NCBI GenBank assembly: GCA_030426395.1
Contig: JAUHYE010000002.1
Location: 960-64,959, forward strand
Reading direction: 5' to 3'
DNA from: Phycisphaerae bacterium
GTDB taxonomy: Bacteria; Planctomycetota; Phycisphaerae; Phycisphaerales; UBA1924
DNA length: 64,000 nucleotides
Within the stretch, counting starts at the first letter, position 1. Each line of letters begins with the position of its first letter. Below are positions 46,036-54,966 of the stretch, piece by piece. A program made the translations under genes and the position numbers. The notes below the pieces were generated by a model. It made no database searches. It had not been told where the DNA came from and saw only the letters and a list, made by a program, of their open reading frames with translations.

Positions 46036-47365
46036 GTCCTTCCCTATTGGCTTGCACCCGGTCGCCATCACGCACATCAGTTGCATCCTTCACGACTCGC
46101 TCCTCGGGCGACAGACCCGAGGCCACGGCCACCCTGTTGCCGGCCCTTGCCCCGAGCACAACTCTGCGGAATGTCGCTCGTCCCCCCGCCACGACATAGA
46201 CACCGGCCTCGCTGCCCTCACCTACAACAGCGGATGTGGGAACGAACATCCCGGCCGGAGTCGACGCTTCCTCGCGATCCTGTGTCGGCATGAATGTCAC
46301 CTTCACGCTCATGTCGGGTTTGGCGTCAGGCGACGGGTCGACAATCTCGATGTTCACACGGACTGTGTTCTTCTGAAGGTTCGCCATGGGCAGCACTCGG
46401 GATACCCGCCCGGCGATGGGGCTGTCAGGCTGAGCGTCGGTGATCAGAACCGCTTCCTGACCAACAGACACCTTGCCCATGTCGCGCTGGTTCACGTCTA
46501 CCCAAGCCTGAAGGTGACGCGGGTCGGCGATCGTCATGAGCGTAGCGGCACGCCGTTGGTCTCCACGAGGTGAGACCCAGTCGCCAATATGCACGACCCG
46601 CTCCATCACAACACCAGCCACCGGCGCCAGGATGACACAGCGATCGAGTCTCCACCGGGCGCGGTCGAGTTCGGCCTGCGCGGCAGCCAGATCAGAACGC
46701 GCGATCACGATGTCCTCCTGGCGATACCCCTGCTCGCGAATGGACAACTCGGCCTCTCGCACGGCAAGTTCGGCCTCCGCGGCGGCCAAATCGGCTCGTG
46801 AGGCATCGGCACCTCTTTGGGCGATAGCGCCTGTCTCCGCCAGCTTCTGATTCATTTCGTCCTCACGGCGCGCTTGCACCAACCGCGCCGCTGCACGGTT
46901 TCGGTTGGCCCTGGCCTGCTCGATCTCTTCGTGGCGGTAGCCTGCTTCGAGCCTGGCGATCCTCGCCCGCGCGATCGACACCGCCGCTTCGCGCACCTCG
47001 ACCTCTTGGCGGTAGGCCATGTCATCCAGCCGCGCCAGTTCCTGGCCTGCTTCGACGGTCTGCCCCTCGATCACTGCAAGCGACCCAACTCTGCCTTCAA
47101 TAAGTGTCGAAACAGTCCGCGGACCGGGGGGGACGATCTCCAGGTAACCTCCAGCGCTGAATCCCGTAGCCGCTACGCTATTCGACGAAGACACTGCGAC
47201 CACTTCCACGGGCTTGGCCGCGGTTGCCCCGTCTCGCACACGAAGCACCCACCAGCCGACCACCGTCGAGGTCAGAACCAGCACGACGACCACGCGCCAG
47301 ATTCTCGGCCGCTTTGCTCGCGCAGGCGGTGGTGAATCAATACGGAGATCCTCAATCGAGCCCAT
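46025..47365 (-). CDS. HlyD-family periplasmic adaptor (membrane fusion protein)
   Basis: N-terminal TM WRVVVVLVLTSTVVGWWVL. Long coiled-coil hairpin (AELAVREAELSIREQGY...). Beta-barrel C-terminus. ATG 47365 overlaps the tolC stop. Confidence 0.85.
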   Translation of the reverse strand: MGSIEDLRIDSPPPARAKRPRIWRVVVVLVLTSTVVGWWVLRVRDGATAAKPVEVVAVSSSNSVAATGFSAGGYLEIVPPGPRTVSTLIEGRVGSLAVIEGQTVEAGQELARLDDMAYRQEVEVREAAVSIARARIARLEAGYRHEEIEQARANRNRAAARLVQARREDEMNQKLAETGAIAQRGADASRADLAAAEAELAVREAELSIREQGYRQEDIVIARSDLAAAQAELDRARWRLDRCVILAPVAGVVMERVVHIGDWVSPRGDQRRAATLMTIADPRHLQAWVDVNQRDMGKVSVGQEAVLITDAQPDSPIAGRVSRVLPMANLQKNTVRVNIEIVDPSPDAKPDMSVKVTFMPTQDREEASTPAGMFVPTSAVVGEGSEAGVYVVAGGRATFRRVVLGARAGNRVAVASGLSPEERVVKDATDVRDGDRVQANREGHDD

Positions 47366-48680
47366 GGTCTGGTGCCCCCTTCGATCCTTCGCCATCTGCG
47401 CGATCACCCATTGCAGCCGCCAGCGCGATCTCGGCCTTCCGGTGCTCTAGCATCGCCCGCTCCAGTCGCACTTCCAGGTCCAAGACCCTCACATGCGCAG
47501 CGGAAACATCCAGCACACTCGCCCCTCCTTCCTGAAGCGCTCCTTCCATAATCTCAAGAGATCTTTGTGCGGCCTTTAAGAGCTCTGGAATCCCCTTCTT
47601 GGCCCGCTCGGTCAGTCGTGAAAGTTCCATTGCCGCCAAGTGGATGTCGAGGATCACACCCGCCTCGGCGGCGATCAGATCCTCCTGCAGCGACTCCAAG
47701 CTCGCACGCTCGCTCTTGCGGAGCGCCTGGCCATAGTCGAAGACCGGGATCGTAATGGCGACTTGTGCACCGGCGACGACATCCTCATCGCGACCAGGCC
47801 GGCCGATCGAAAGACCCCCTTGCACGCCGGGGACCCACGCGACCTCGGCGTACCGCATCAGGGCCTGATGCTCGGCCGCGCGTGCCAGCACAATGGCGAT
47901 CTCGGGACGACGAGCCAATGCCAGGCTCGTCGCCGTGCCGCCTTGGGTCGCCGGCATGGTAAGCAGATCTTCGCCAGATTCATCGAGTGTGATGGGCGCC
48001 GTGAGCCGTCGCCCCAGGGCTCGGTTAAAGCGAGCTTCGATGGTTGCCAATCGTGCGACTGACTCCTGTTGGTCAAGCCCAGTCTCACGTTCGGAGGCAA
48101 TCGCGCGCGCTAGATCCAGTTCCGAAGCAGCGCCAGCCTCCCGCCGTTGCCGGACCAACTCCGCGGCGATGCCTAATGCCTCCCGCTTTCGAGAAAGCAG
48201 TTCGCCAATGCGGCGCTCGGCCGTAATCTCTGCAAATAGGATCCTGACTTCTTGAACGATCTCAATCTCGCGTCGAGCGACCTCGACTGCTGCTTGCTCC
48301 TCGCGGGAGTGCGCGGCGTCCACGAGTTGTTGCCTTGCGCCGCCGGCATCGGCCAGCGATACGAGGGCGACGGATAGCCTTGCGACCCACTGCGTCGGAT
48401 CTGCCGAGACCGTCAGGGATGGATTGAGCGGGAGGGAGGTCTGTACCTTTCGCCAGTACGCCTCCGACACGCGCCAGCGGCTTGCGCGCAACACCGGGTC
48501 GTTGCGGAGCGCGATCTGGACCGCTCGCGCAGCAGTGAATGGCAACGACATGTCGTCCTCGGTGATACGGTTCGCCACATAGGTGCTCGGCGAAGCCGCC
48601 GGGACCGAGACGCAGCCGGGCACCGCGACCGACGCGATCCCACATGCCAGCACCGGAATAGCACTTGGAGGGGATTTCAT
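47352..48680 (-). CDS. TolC-family outer-membrane efflux protein
   Basis: Lipoprotein-like leader IPVLACGIASVAVPGC. Duplicated helical-repeat architecture of about 440 aa. ATGA overlap with arsR. Confidence 0.8.
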   Translation of the reverse strand: MKSPPSAIPVLACGIASVAVPGCVSVPAASPSTYVANRITEDDMSLPFTAARAVQIALRNDPVLRASRWRVSEAYWRKVQTSLPLNPSLTVSADPTQWVARLSVALVSLADAGGARQQLVDAAHSREEQAAVEVARREIEIVQEVRILFAEITAERRIGELLSRKREALGIAAELVRQRREAGAASELDLARAIASERETGLDQQESVARLATIEARFNRALGRRLTAPITLDESGEDLLTMPATQGGTATSLALARRPEIAIVLARAAEHQALMRYAEVAWVPGVQGGLSIGRPGRDEDVVAGAQVAITIPVFDYGQALRKSERASLESLQEDLIAAEAGVILDIHLAAMELSRLTERAKKGIPELLKAAQRSLEIMEGALQEGGASVLDVSAAHVRVLDLEVRLERAMLEHRKAEIALAAAMGDRADGEGSKGAPDHGLD

Positions 48681-49060
48681 CGAGGCGCATGCTCCCGGGC
48701 CTGCGCGTCCTCCAAAAGGCACTGCCCGCGATCCAGCAGGCTTGCAACGCAGGGGTCAACAAGGCGGTAGTACACGTTGTTTCCGTCCCGCCGCCCCTCC
48801 AGGATGCCCCGGTCGACGAGCCGTCGGAGTTGGTTCGACACCGCCTGCGGCTTCATGGCAACCGCATCGGCCAGCTCGATGACGCACAGTTCGCCGGCCC
48901 TCACGATCGCGTGCATGAGCCGAAGACGCGTGCCGTTGGCGAGTACCTTGAACAGTTCCTCGAGCCCGTCCGCTTGAGCGGTGCTGATCAGCGGCCGATC
49001 CGCGAGATCAGGCTTGGGCGGGCAGGGTCTGAGATCACTATTGGTTGTTCGGGTCGGCAT
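48677..49060 (-). CDS. ArsR/SmtB-family metalloregulatory transcriptional repressor
   Basis: Winged HTH LFKVLANGTRLRLMHAIVRAGELCVIELADAVAMKPQAVSNQLRRLVDRGIL. GGAG precedes ATG 49060. Confidence 0.85.
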   Translation of the reverse strand: MPTRTTNSDLRPCPPKPDLADRPLISTAQADGLEELFKVLANGTRLRLMHAIVRAGELCVIELADAVAMKPQAVSNQLRRLVDRGILEGRRDGNNVYYRLVDPCVASLLDRGQCLLEDAQAREHAPR

Positions 49061-49088
49061 GGCATGCTCCAAGCCAGGAAAAGTCACG

Positions 49089-49103
49089 ACTACACGATGT
49101 AGT
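49089..49103. promoter_or_regulatory. 6-3-6 palindrome ACTACA-CGA-TGTAGT, candidate ArsR operator
   Basis: Read directly, about 30 nt upstream of the arsR start in an AT-richer tract. Its function is inferred. Confidence 0.3.
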
Positions 49104-49510
49104 GTAGTGTTCGTCTGAACCATGGTCAAGGTTCGGCCGAATCGCCATCTCGTAGAATCGAACTTCCGGCAGCGCGGTTTGGGAAGTGACGGCCGTTGGG
49201 TTCTCGGAACAAGCCGGGCGTGTAACGTCTCGTCTGTAATTCTCTCCGAGGCGGGTCGGCGGCGGGTTTCGCCGGCGACCCTCTCGGCTGGCAGTCTGAA
49301 AGCGACGGGCCGGCCCCCGATGATAACTTTGTGTTTGGGTTATTGGAGAGTTCACGCGTACGCCGCCGGTTTGCTACCTGCGCCAACTCAAGGTGCTGGC
49401 AATGTCATGCCTGGCAACAGTTTGGCGGGCTAAAGCTCGTCCATTCGCTCATTTGGCACCCCAAATTTGCTCTTTTTATGCATACATCAGGCTATTTTAT
49501 GCCGACAGTC

Positions 49511-49539
49511 TTGACATTACCCTTTTGGAGCCGTATTTT
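49511..49539 (+). promoter_or_regulatory. sigma-70-like promoter TTGACA-17 nt-TATTTT abutting the AAA ATPase start
   Basis: TTGACA 49511-49516 and TATTTT 49534-49539 read directly. The ATG at 49540 and GTG at 49546 follow immediately, so the mRNA may be leaderless. Confidence 0.3.
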
Positions 49540-50745
49540 ATGCCCGTGAGTGCCAGTTCTACCCCAAGCAGTGTTCGGCAGTACGTCTTCGATATCGGCA
49601 AGATCGTGGAGGGGGCCCTGCGCGGGGATCAGGCGCGAGTTTTGACCTATACCGACCGCCTCCGAAGCAGGCTTGAGGAGGACGGAGAACAGCAGGCCGC
49701 CCTTAGGCTGAAACGCTTGCTCAGCGGCTCGCCTAGCCACATGGCTCAGGTCGCCGACATCGCGGAAGCCCGCCGCGGGCTCCCCGTCGATAGTGAGTCT
49801 CGGCTCCCGATCGCCGACATTGACCCCGCCCCCACCGGCACAGAGACGCTCGTGCTTGAGCAGGATGTCGGGGCACTGGTCGAGCGATTCGTCGCGTCCG
49901 TCCAGATGGCCGACGAGCTGGTGGCGAACGGACTGAGCGTCTCGCCCTCGATGCTCATCCACGGTCCGCCCGGCGTGGGCAAGACGCTGTTGGCTCGCTC
50001 CATCGCGCAGCGACTCGGCTTTCCGCTCATCACCGCCCGCACAGACGCGCTCATCTCCTCATACCTCGGCAGCACCGCCAAGAATGTGCGCATGCTCTTC
50101 GACCACGCGGCGGGCCGCCCCTGCGTGCTCTTCCTCGACGAGTTCGACGCACTCGGCAAGATGCGGGATGACTCGCGTGAGCTAGGCGAGCTCAAACGCG
50201 TGGTCATCAGCCTTCTCCAGAACATTGATGCGCTCGGTCCCGATCATGTGCTGCTGGCTGCTACGAACCACGAGCACCTGCTCGACCCCGCAATCTGGAG
50301 GCGTTTCACATACAAGATTCGCCTCGGCCCTCCTTCGGTCGAGGCTCGTGGGGAGCTATTCCGCCGCTTCCTCCGCGGCCATCTGGAGGACCAAGACATT
50401 GAGGTCCTGACGATGCTTGCCGAGGGCGCAACCGGTGCGGAAATCAAGCACGCGTGTGAAGACAGCCTCCGCGCGATGGTGCTCGGGGGTCGTACGGAGC
50501 TAGGTCTTGAAGTCGTGGCGCACACCCTGATGCATTCACTCGATGACGACACGGAAGGCGCTGCTCCAGAGGATGTAGTCCTCAGGCTCGCCGAGCGTCT
50601 GGGGCGCAAGGCGTCACAAGAGAAAATTGGTCGGATCGTCGGGCTGTCACAGTCCCAGGTATCTCGCATCCTGAACGCGAAGGAGGATCGGCATGGCCGA
50701 CGAACCACTGCTTCCAATCAAAGTCGTCCTCAGAAGCGACGGTGA
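49540..50745 (+). CDS. classical AAA+ ATPase with C-terminal HTH (IetA-like candidate)
   Basis: Walker A HGPPGVGKTLLARS. Walker B CVLFLDEFDAL. Sensor-1 LLAATNH. Arg finger region DPAIWRRF. C-terminal GLSQSQVSRILN. Start is 49540 or 49546; the AT-rich ORF part from 49393 is judged non-coding. Confidence 0.85.
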   Translation: MPVSASSTPSSVRQYVFDIGKIVEGALRGDQARVLTYTDRLRSRLEEDGEQQAALRLKRLLSGSPSHMAQVADIAEARRGLPVDSESRLPIADIDPAPTGTETLVLEQDVGALVERFVASVQMADELVANGLSVSPSMLIHGPPGVGKTLLARSIAQRLGFPLITARTDALISSYLGSTAKNVRMLFDHAAGRPCVLFLDEFDALGKMRDDSRELGELKRVVISLLQNIDALGPDHVLLAATNHEHLLDPAIWRRFTYKIRLGPPSVEARGELFRRFLRGHLEDQDIEVLTMLAEGATGAEIKHACEDSLRAMVLGGRTELGLEVVAHTLMHSLDDDTEGAAPEDVVLRLAERLGRKASQEKIGRIVGLSQSQVSRILNAKEDRHGRRTTASNQSRPQKRR

Positions 50746-52963
50746 CGATCAGAGCAAGCCGCCGTCGCCGCGTGAGTACAAGCCATTCGTCGACGTAACG
50801 GACAAGCTGCGCGACCGTCTCATCGGCGAGGTCGCCGCAGTGCGGGATGCATTCGCGCCGTCATTTCGTCGGTTCCCGGGCGTGCCAGCGGTCGCGAAAG
50901 TCACGCTGCGACAAGAGGCTCTCGCCAAATCGCACCGCCCGACCTCGCTATTCAATCCCGATACCTGCCCGGTCATTGGCGCGGATCATCTTGGCACGCT
51001 CCGCGTGAGTGTGACGCCAGCCGGACTCGACGGGCTCTCGCGTGCGATCCGGACGGGCACGAAAGATGAGTCGCTCGCGCACATCTCTGCGGTTGGCACG
51101 ATCCTGCCTTGGACAGTAGAGGACACGGTGCGGCTCCCGGATAACAAGGCCCCGGACACGCCGGTGCGGTGCGAGCTGTTCTTCCGGCCCGATGTCGAGA
51201 CGAACACGGCAGTGCACCACGCTTTCGAAACGATGCTAGAGGACCTGGAACTCGACGCGCCCGAGCCAATCCGGTACACACCGCGGACCCGAGTGTACCG
51301 TTTCGGGTCGCTGGGCCGAGCAGAGGCAATGCAGCTTGGAAACTACGTTGGCATCCAGCGCATCGAGCCATTTGCGGAGTACCGAGTGGTGCGCACGGCC
51401 GCGCGGGTGATCGACTCAATGTCGCCCGACACGCTTCCGCCCCCGGAAGCGGGGCGGCTCACCGGCTTGGTCGGCATCATCGACACCGGCACCGATCCCG
51501 GCAACGCGCAGCTCCAGGCGTGGGTCGCGGACCGGCTCGACATGGTCGATCCGAGCGAGCAGGACAACACGCACGGGAGCTTTGTAGCCGCGCTAATCGC
51601 ACATGGGCGTACTCTCAACGGCGGGCGCACCGGTTTCCCTGATGTTTCGAGCAGGATCGTGGACGTTGTTGCGTTCGACCGATCAGGACGCGTCAGCGAG
51701 GATGAGCTGCTTCTGACGATTGACGAGGCGTTACAACGATTCCCGAACGTCAAGGTCTGGAATCTCTCACTTAATCGGGATGGTGAGTGCTGCGCGGACG
51801 ATTGTTTTTCGAGCTTTGCCACCGCGCTCGACCACCGGGCGCAGCAGCACGGGGTGCTGTTCGTGGTCGCTGCGGGCAATTACACCAGGACGTTCCGGCC
51901 CTGGCCCCCATCCCCGCAACTCGACGATGATCGGGTCTCGCCCCCGGGCGATGCGGCGCACGCGCTGACCGTTGGGTCGGTGGCACACTTGGCGACCGAG
52001 AGCTCGGTCGTCCGCGCCGACGAGCCCTCTCCCTTCTCCCGCCGCGGTCCCGGCGCGGCCTACCTGCTCAAGCCCGAGCTGAGCCAGCCGGGCGGCAACT
52101 GTGATGCCGATGGCCGCTATGTCCAAACCGGTATTGTGTCGGTCGATGGTTCGGGCAACATCGCCGAGGATATCGGTGTCAGCTATGCGACACCGCTGAT
52201 CTCAACGCTCGCGGGATACACGTTCGAGGAGCTCGCGGCCGATTCCGGCGGAGTCTCTCCGCATCTCGTCAAGGCGCTTCTCATCCACTCAGCGTTCATG
52301 CGTTCGCACCCTCTGGAGCGGCCGCTGGTGGATTACGCCGGGTGCGGCTCTCCCGGAATGGCAGGCGAGGTGCTCCGGTGCCGCCAATCGTCCGCGACGA
52401 TGGTATTTCAGATCGCGCTCCGCTCGCGCGTGTTCCTGCGGCACCCGTTCCCGATGCCCGATTGCCTGCTCACGAAGGCTGGAAAGCTCAGCGCCGAGGT
52501 CTTCATGACACTCGTGCACGATACGCCCATCAACGAGAACTACGGGCCCGAGTACTGCCGCTCGCACGTCACGGCGTCGCTGGGGATCGCAACCCCCAGC
52601 ACGAGCAAGTCCCGCAAAGGTGCCTGGAACGTGGAGCGGCAGGTCCACCCCGTTCTCGGCGGCCTGGAAGAGGGATACGAGGCGGATCTGGTCGAGCACG
52701 GGTTCAAGTGGTCGCCGGTCAAGCTGTACCACCGGAAGTTCTCGCGCGGCCCTGGCGATGCCCACTGGGGTCTGCGGCTCCAGCGTTTCGACCGCCAGGA
52801 GTACGGCAACCCGCAACGCGAGCAGCAGGTGTCCGTCGTCGTTTCCGTGCGCGACCCAAAGGGAGCCGCGCCGGTATACAACGAGCTCGTCACCTCAATC
52901 AACACCCTTGGCTGGACAACCCACGACCTCCAGCTCCGGTCACGTCCGCGTCTTCAGAACTGA
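50693..52963 (+). CDS. cytoplasmic S8 (subtilisin-like) serine peptidase with unknown N- and C-terminal domains (IetS-like candidate)
   Basis: AAGGAGGA lies 6 nt before ATG 50693. The gene overlaps the AAA gene by 53 nt. Catalytic residues in context: Asp VGIIDTGTD, His NTHGSFVAALIAHG, Asn VVAAGN, Ser GVSYATPLIS. No signal peptide. Confidence 0.9.
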   Translation: MADEPLLPIKVVLRSDGDDQSKPPSPREYKPFVDVTDKLRDRLIGEVAAVRDAFAPSFRRFPGVPAVAKVTLRQEALAKSHRPTSLFNPDTCPVIGADHLGTLRVSVTPAGLDGLSRAIRTGTKDESLAHISAVGTILPWTVEDTVRLPDNKAPDTPVRCELFFRPDVETNTAVHHAFETMLEDLELDAPEPIRYTPRTRVYRFGSLGRAEAMQLGNYVGIQRIEPFAEYRVVRTAARVIDSMSPDTLPPPEAGRLTGLVGIIDTGTDPGNAQLQAWVADRLDMVDPSEQDNTHGSFVAALIAHGRTLNGGRTGFPDVSSRIVDVVAFDRSGRVSEDELLLTIDEALQRFPNVKVWNLSLNRDGECCADDCFSSFATALDHRAQQHGVLFVVAAGNYTRTFRPWPPSPQLDDDRVSPPGDAAHALTVGSVAHLATESSVVRADEPSPFSRRGPGAAYLLKPELSQPGGNCDADGRYVQTGIVSVDGSGNIAEDIGVSYATPLISTLAGYTFEELAADSGGVSPHLVKALLIHSAFMRSHPLERPLVDYAGCGSPGMAGEVLRCRQSSATMVFQIALRSRVFLRHPFPMPDCLLTKAGKLSAEVFMTLVHDTPINENYGPEYCRSHVTASLGIATPSTSKSRKGAWNVERQVHPVLGGLEEGYEADLVEHGFKWSPVKLYHRKFSRGPGDAHWGLRLQRFDRQEYGNPQREQQVSVVVSVRDPKGAAPVYNELVTSINTLGWTTHDLQLRSRPRLQN

Positions 52964-52987
52964 AACCACGAACTTAGGAGATTCAGC

Positions 52988-53179
52988 ATGGCAAACAACA
53001 AGCCACTCAAACCTGGGAACAGCGCCCCCCGCTCGGGGCAGTACCGCGAGGTCGGACCTCGCGGCGGTCAAAGGCGGGAGATCACAGCAACCAAGGGCGA
53101 GACGCTGCCGCCGACGACGACGCCGGGCTCGTCATACAAGCTGGTCGATCCGACCAAGAACAAATCCGGCCGAGGTTGA
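52988..53179 (+). CDS. small YjzC-like protein
   Basis: AGGAGA RBS. Pattern KPGNSAPRSGQYREVGPRGG...KGETLPPT resembles my recollection of the YjzC family. Confidence 0.65.
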   Translation: MANNKPLKPGNSAPRSGQYREVGPRGGQRREITATKGETLPPTTTPGSSYKLVDPTKNKSGRG

Positions 53180-53244
53180 GGCCGCCTGGATTTTGACGGA
53201 TCGGACACGGAGAGCCACGGAATCGCCGCCCCGGACGGCGCTCC

Positions 53245-54069
53245 TCACGCCGCATGCTCACGGCCTTCGGCGTGTGTCATCGCCGTGATGATCTCGGCTG
53301 CAACACGCTGGATGCGATCGAGGGAGCTTGCGAGCGTCTCGGCCTTGCCGTCGTAGAGCTGTATGTAGTCACTCGCGGCCGAGCCAGTCTCCAGTCCGAT
53401 GGCCTGACAGATGACGAAAGCGACGGCTTCGGCTTCGGTCTCCCGCACGGTCTTGCTGGCGGGTCGCTGGTCGCCACGATGCAGCAGCTCGTGTGCGAGT
53501 TCATGGACGATGACTGAGAACTCGTTGGCTGGTTCAAGGTCAGCTCGGATGCTGATTCGTCCCCCGCGTGAGACACCGTCGGCTCCGGGCGGCACGTCGT
53601 CGTAATCGAGCGTGATGCCGCGTTCCGCGATCTGCTCTTTGATTCTGTTGAGGTGATGCTGAGGATCTCCGCTGACTCGCGATGGCTCGGGGAGTGGCTC
53701 ACCGTCGGTCTGGGATACGTCGAAGACGTACACGCCGCGGAATCGGAGGATGGGCTTGTCTTGGTCGGACTGCTCCTCGCCTTCGGACTTGTCGTTCTTC
53801 GGGCGGATGCTCATCGGGGCGATGATCACAATCCCCTTCTCGCCCTTCTTGACGAAGCGGCCCATCTGTTTCCAGGTACTGAACCCTGCGACGTGCGTCG
53901 CGTTGGGATTCTGCGATAGAATGAGTAGAACGTTCCCGAAGCTATACCGATGGAACTTGGCGAGCATTGCGAGGTACTGCGTGATTCGCTCACTCTTTCC
54001 GTTCTTGAGCGCGTCGGTGAGATTCTGGAGTGCCTGGTCGGCGATCTTCTTTGCTTCTTCGGCTTTCAT
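53245..54069 (-). CDS. ardC: ArdC-family antirestriction protein (ssDNA-binding N-domain + zincin metalloprotease domain)
   Basis: N-domain FHRYSFGNVLLILSQNPNATHVAGFSTWKQMGRFVKKGEKGI. HExxH VIVHELAHELLH. AAAGGAG RBS. Confidence 0.85.
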   Translation of the reverse strand: MKAEEAKKIADQALQNLTDALKNGKSERITQYLAMLAKFHRYSFGNVLLILSQNPNATHVAGFSTWKQMGRFVKKGEKGIVIIAPMSIRPKNDKSEGEEQSDQDKPILRFRGVYVFDVSQTDGEPLPEPSRVSGDPQHHLNRIKEQIAERGITLDYDDVPPGADGVSRGGRISIRADLEPANEFSVIVHELAHELLHRGDQRPASKTVRETEAEAVAFVICQAIGLETGSAASDYIQLYDGKAETLASSLDRIQRVAAEIITAMTHAEGREHAA

Positions 54070-54966
54070 GTCTTTGCTCCTTTGCGGGTCCCGCGACGTG
54101 CGGCCCCTTCACAAGGAACGGGGCCACTCGCGGGTGCAATGGAGCGAGCGGAGCGAAGCCGGCAGTAGGTTGAAGGGTCCTGCGAAGCAGGCACAAACGA
54201 ATGACAGATCGAACCCGCGCCCTCAAGGTGCGGGCGTCCCCGGCGCTGGACGGGGCGGGTCTGGCGTGAGGTGTGCGAGGCCCGGAGACCGGAAGCGCCC
54301 CCTGGCGCGGTGACGGCGGGAGCGGAGCGTTAGAAAGCCGAGAGTGCGTTGTGAGCCGACCGGACGATTCAGATACCGACGCAGTGACTCGAAAGGTGAG
54401 CTGTCACTTCTCGTGATGCCCACCATGTGACACTCGTTGACTCGTCACTCATCTCTCGCGGTGCCCGAGGGTGTTCTCCTGGAAACAGAAGAAGCTGTCA
54501 TGTGAGCGAAACAGGATCGAGGCCCGCTCCACCCGAAGGTCTTGTCCGAGGGCCAGTCCATATCGAGGCAGGCTTTTCACAGCGGCCTGGTCTCTCCGGA
54601 CAGGCCGACGAGTGCTCCCAGAGTTAGTGGAGTATCCGAGGTTCAACTCATGCAGAGTGTGGTCGCGGTCAACTCTCGACAGACGACTGCTGACCTCTGA
54701 AGGCGTCGATGCGGAGATGATCGATGCGACTTGCTCAACCGGTCATTCGGCCCGAGTCCTCGTCCTGAATGCCCACGCTACGCGTGGCACCTGCCCCACC
54801 TCGATCGAAGACCTGTGCGGTTGACCTGTGGAGTCGCCCCTTGTCAGACAGGTAATCGGATGAGCAGCACGATGCAGCTCACACACCGGTCTAGATGAAG
54901 ATTTCATCCACCGAATATCGCCGAACAACAACAGGCAGAAGATCTAGGTATAGGACTCTCGGTTTT

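Noticed and set aside
54471-54824. 117-aa ORF in the long ardC-repA spacer. ORF 57202-57714 (plus) across the parA upstream repeats is a similar case.
   Set aside because: No RBS, an Arg/Ser/Cys-rich composition that is not protein-like, and overlap with repeat or palindrome DNA. Treated as non-coding.
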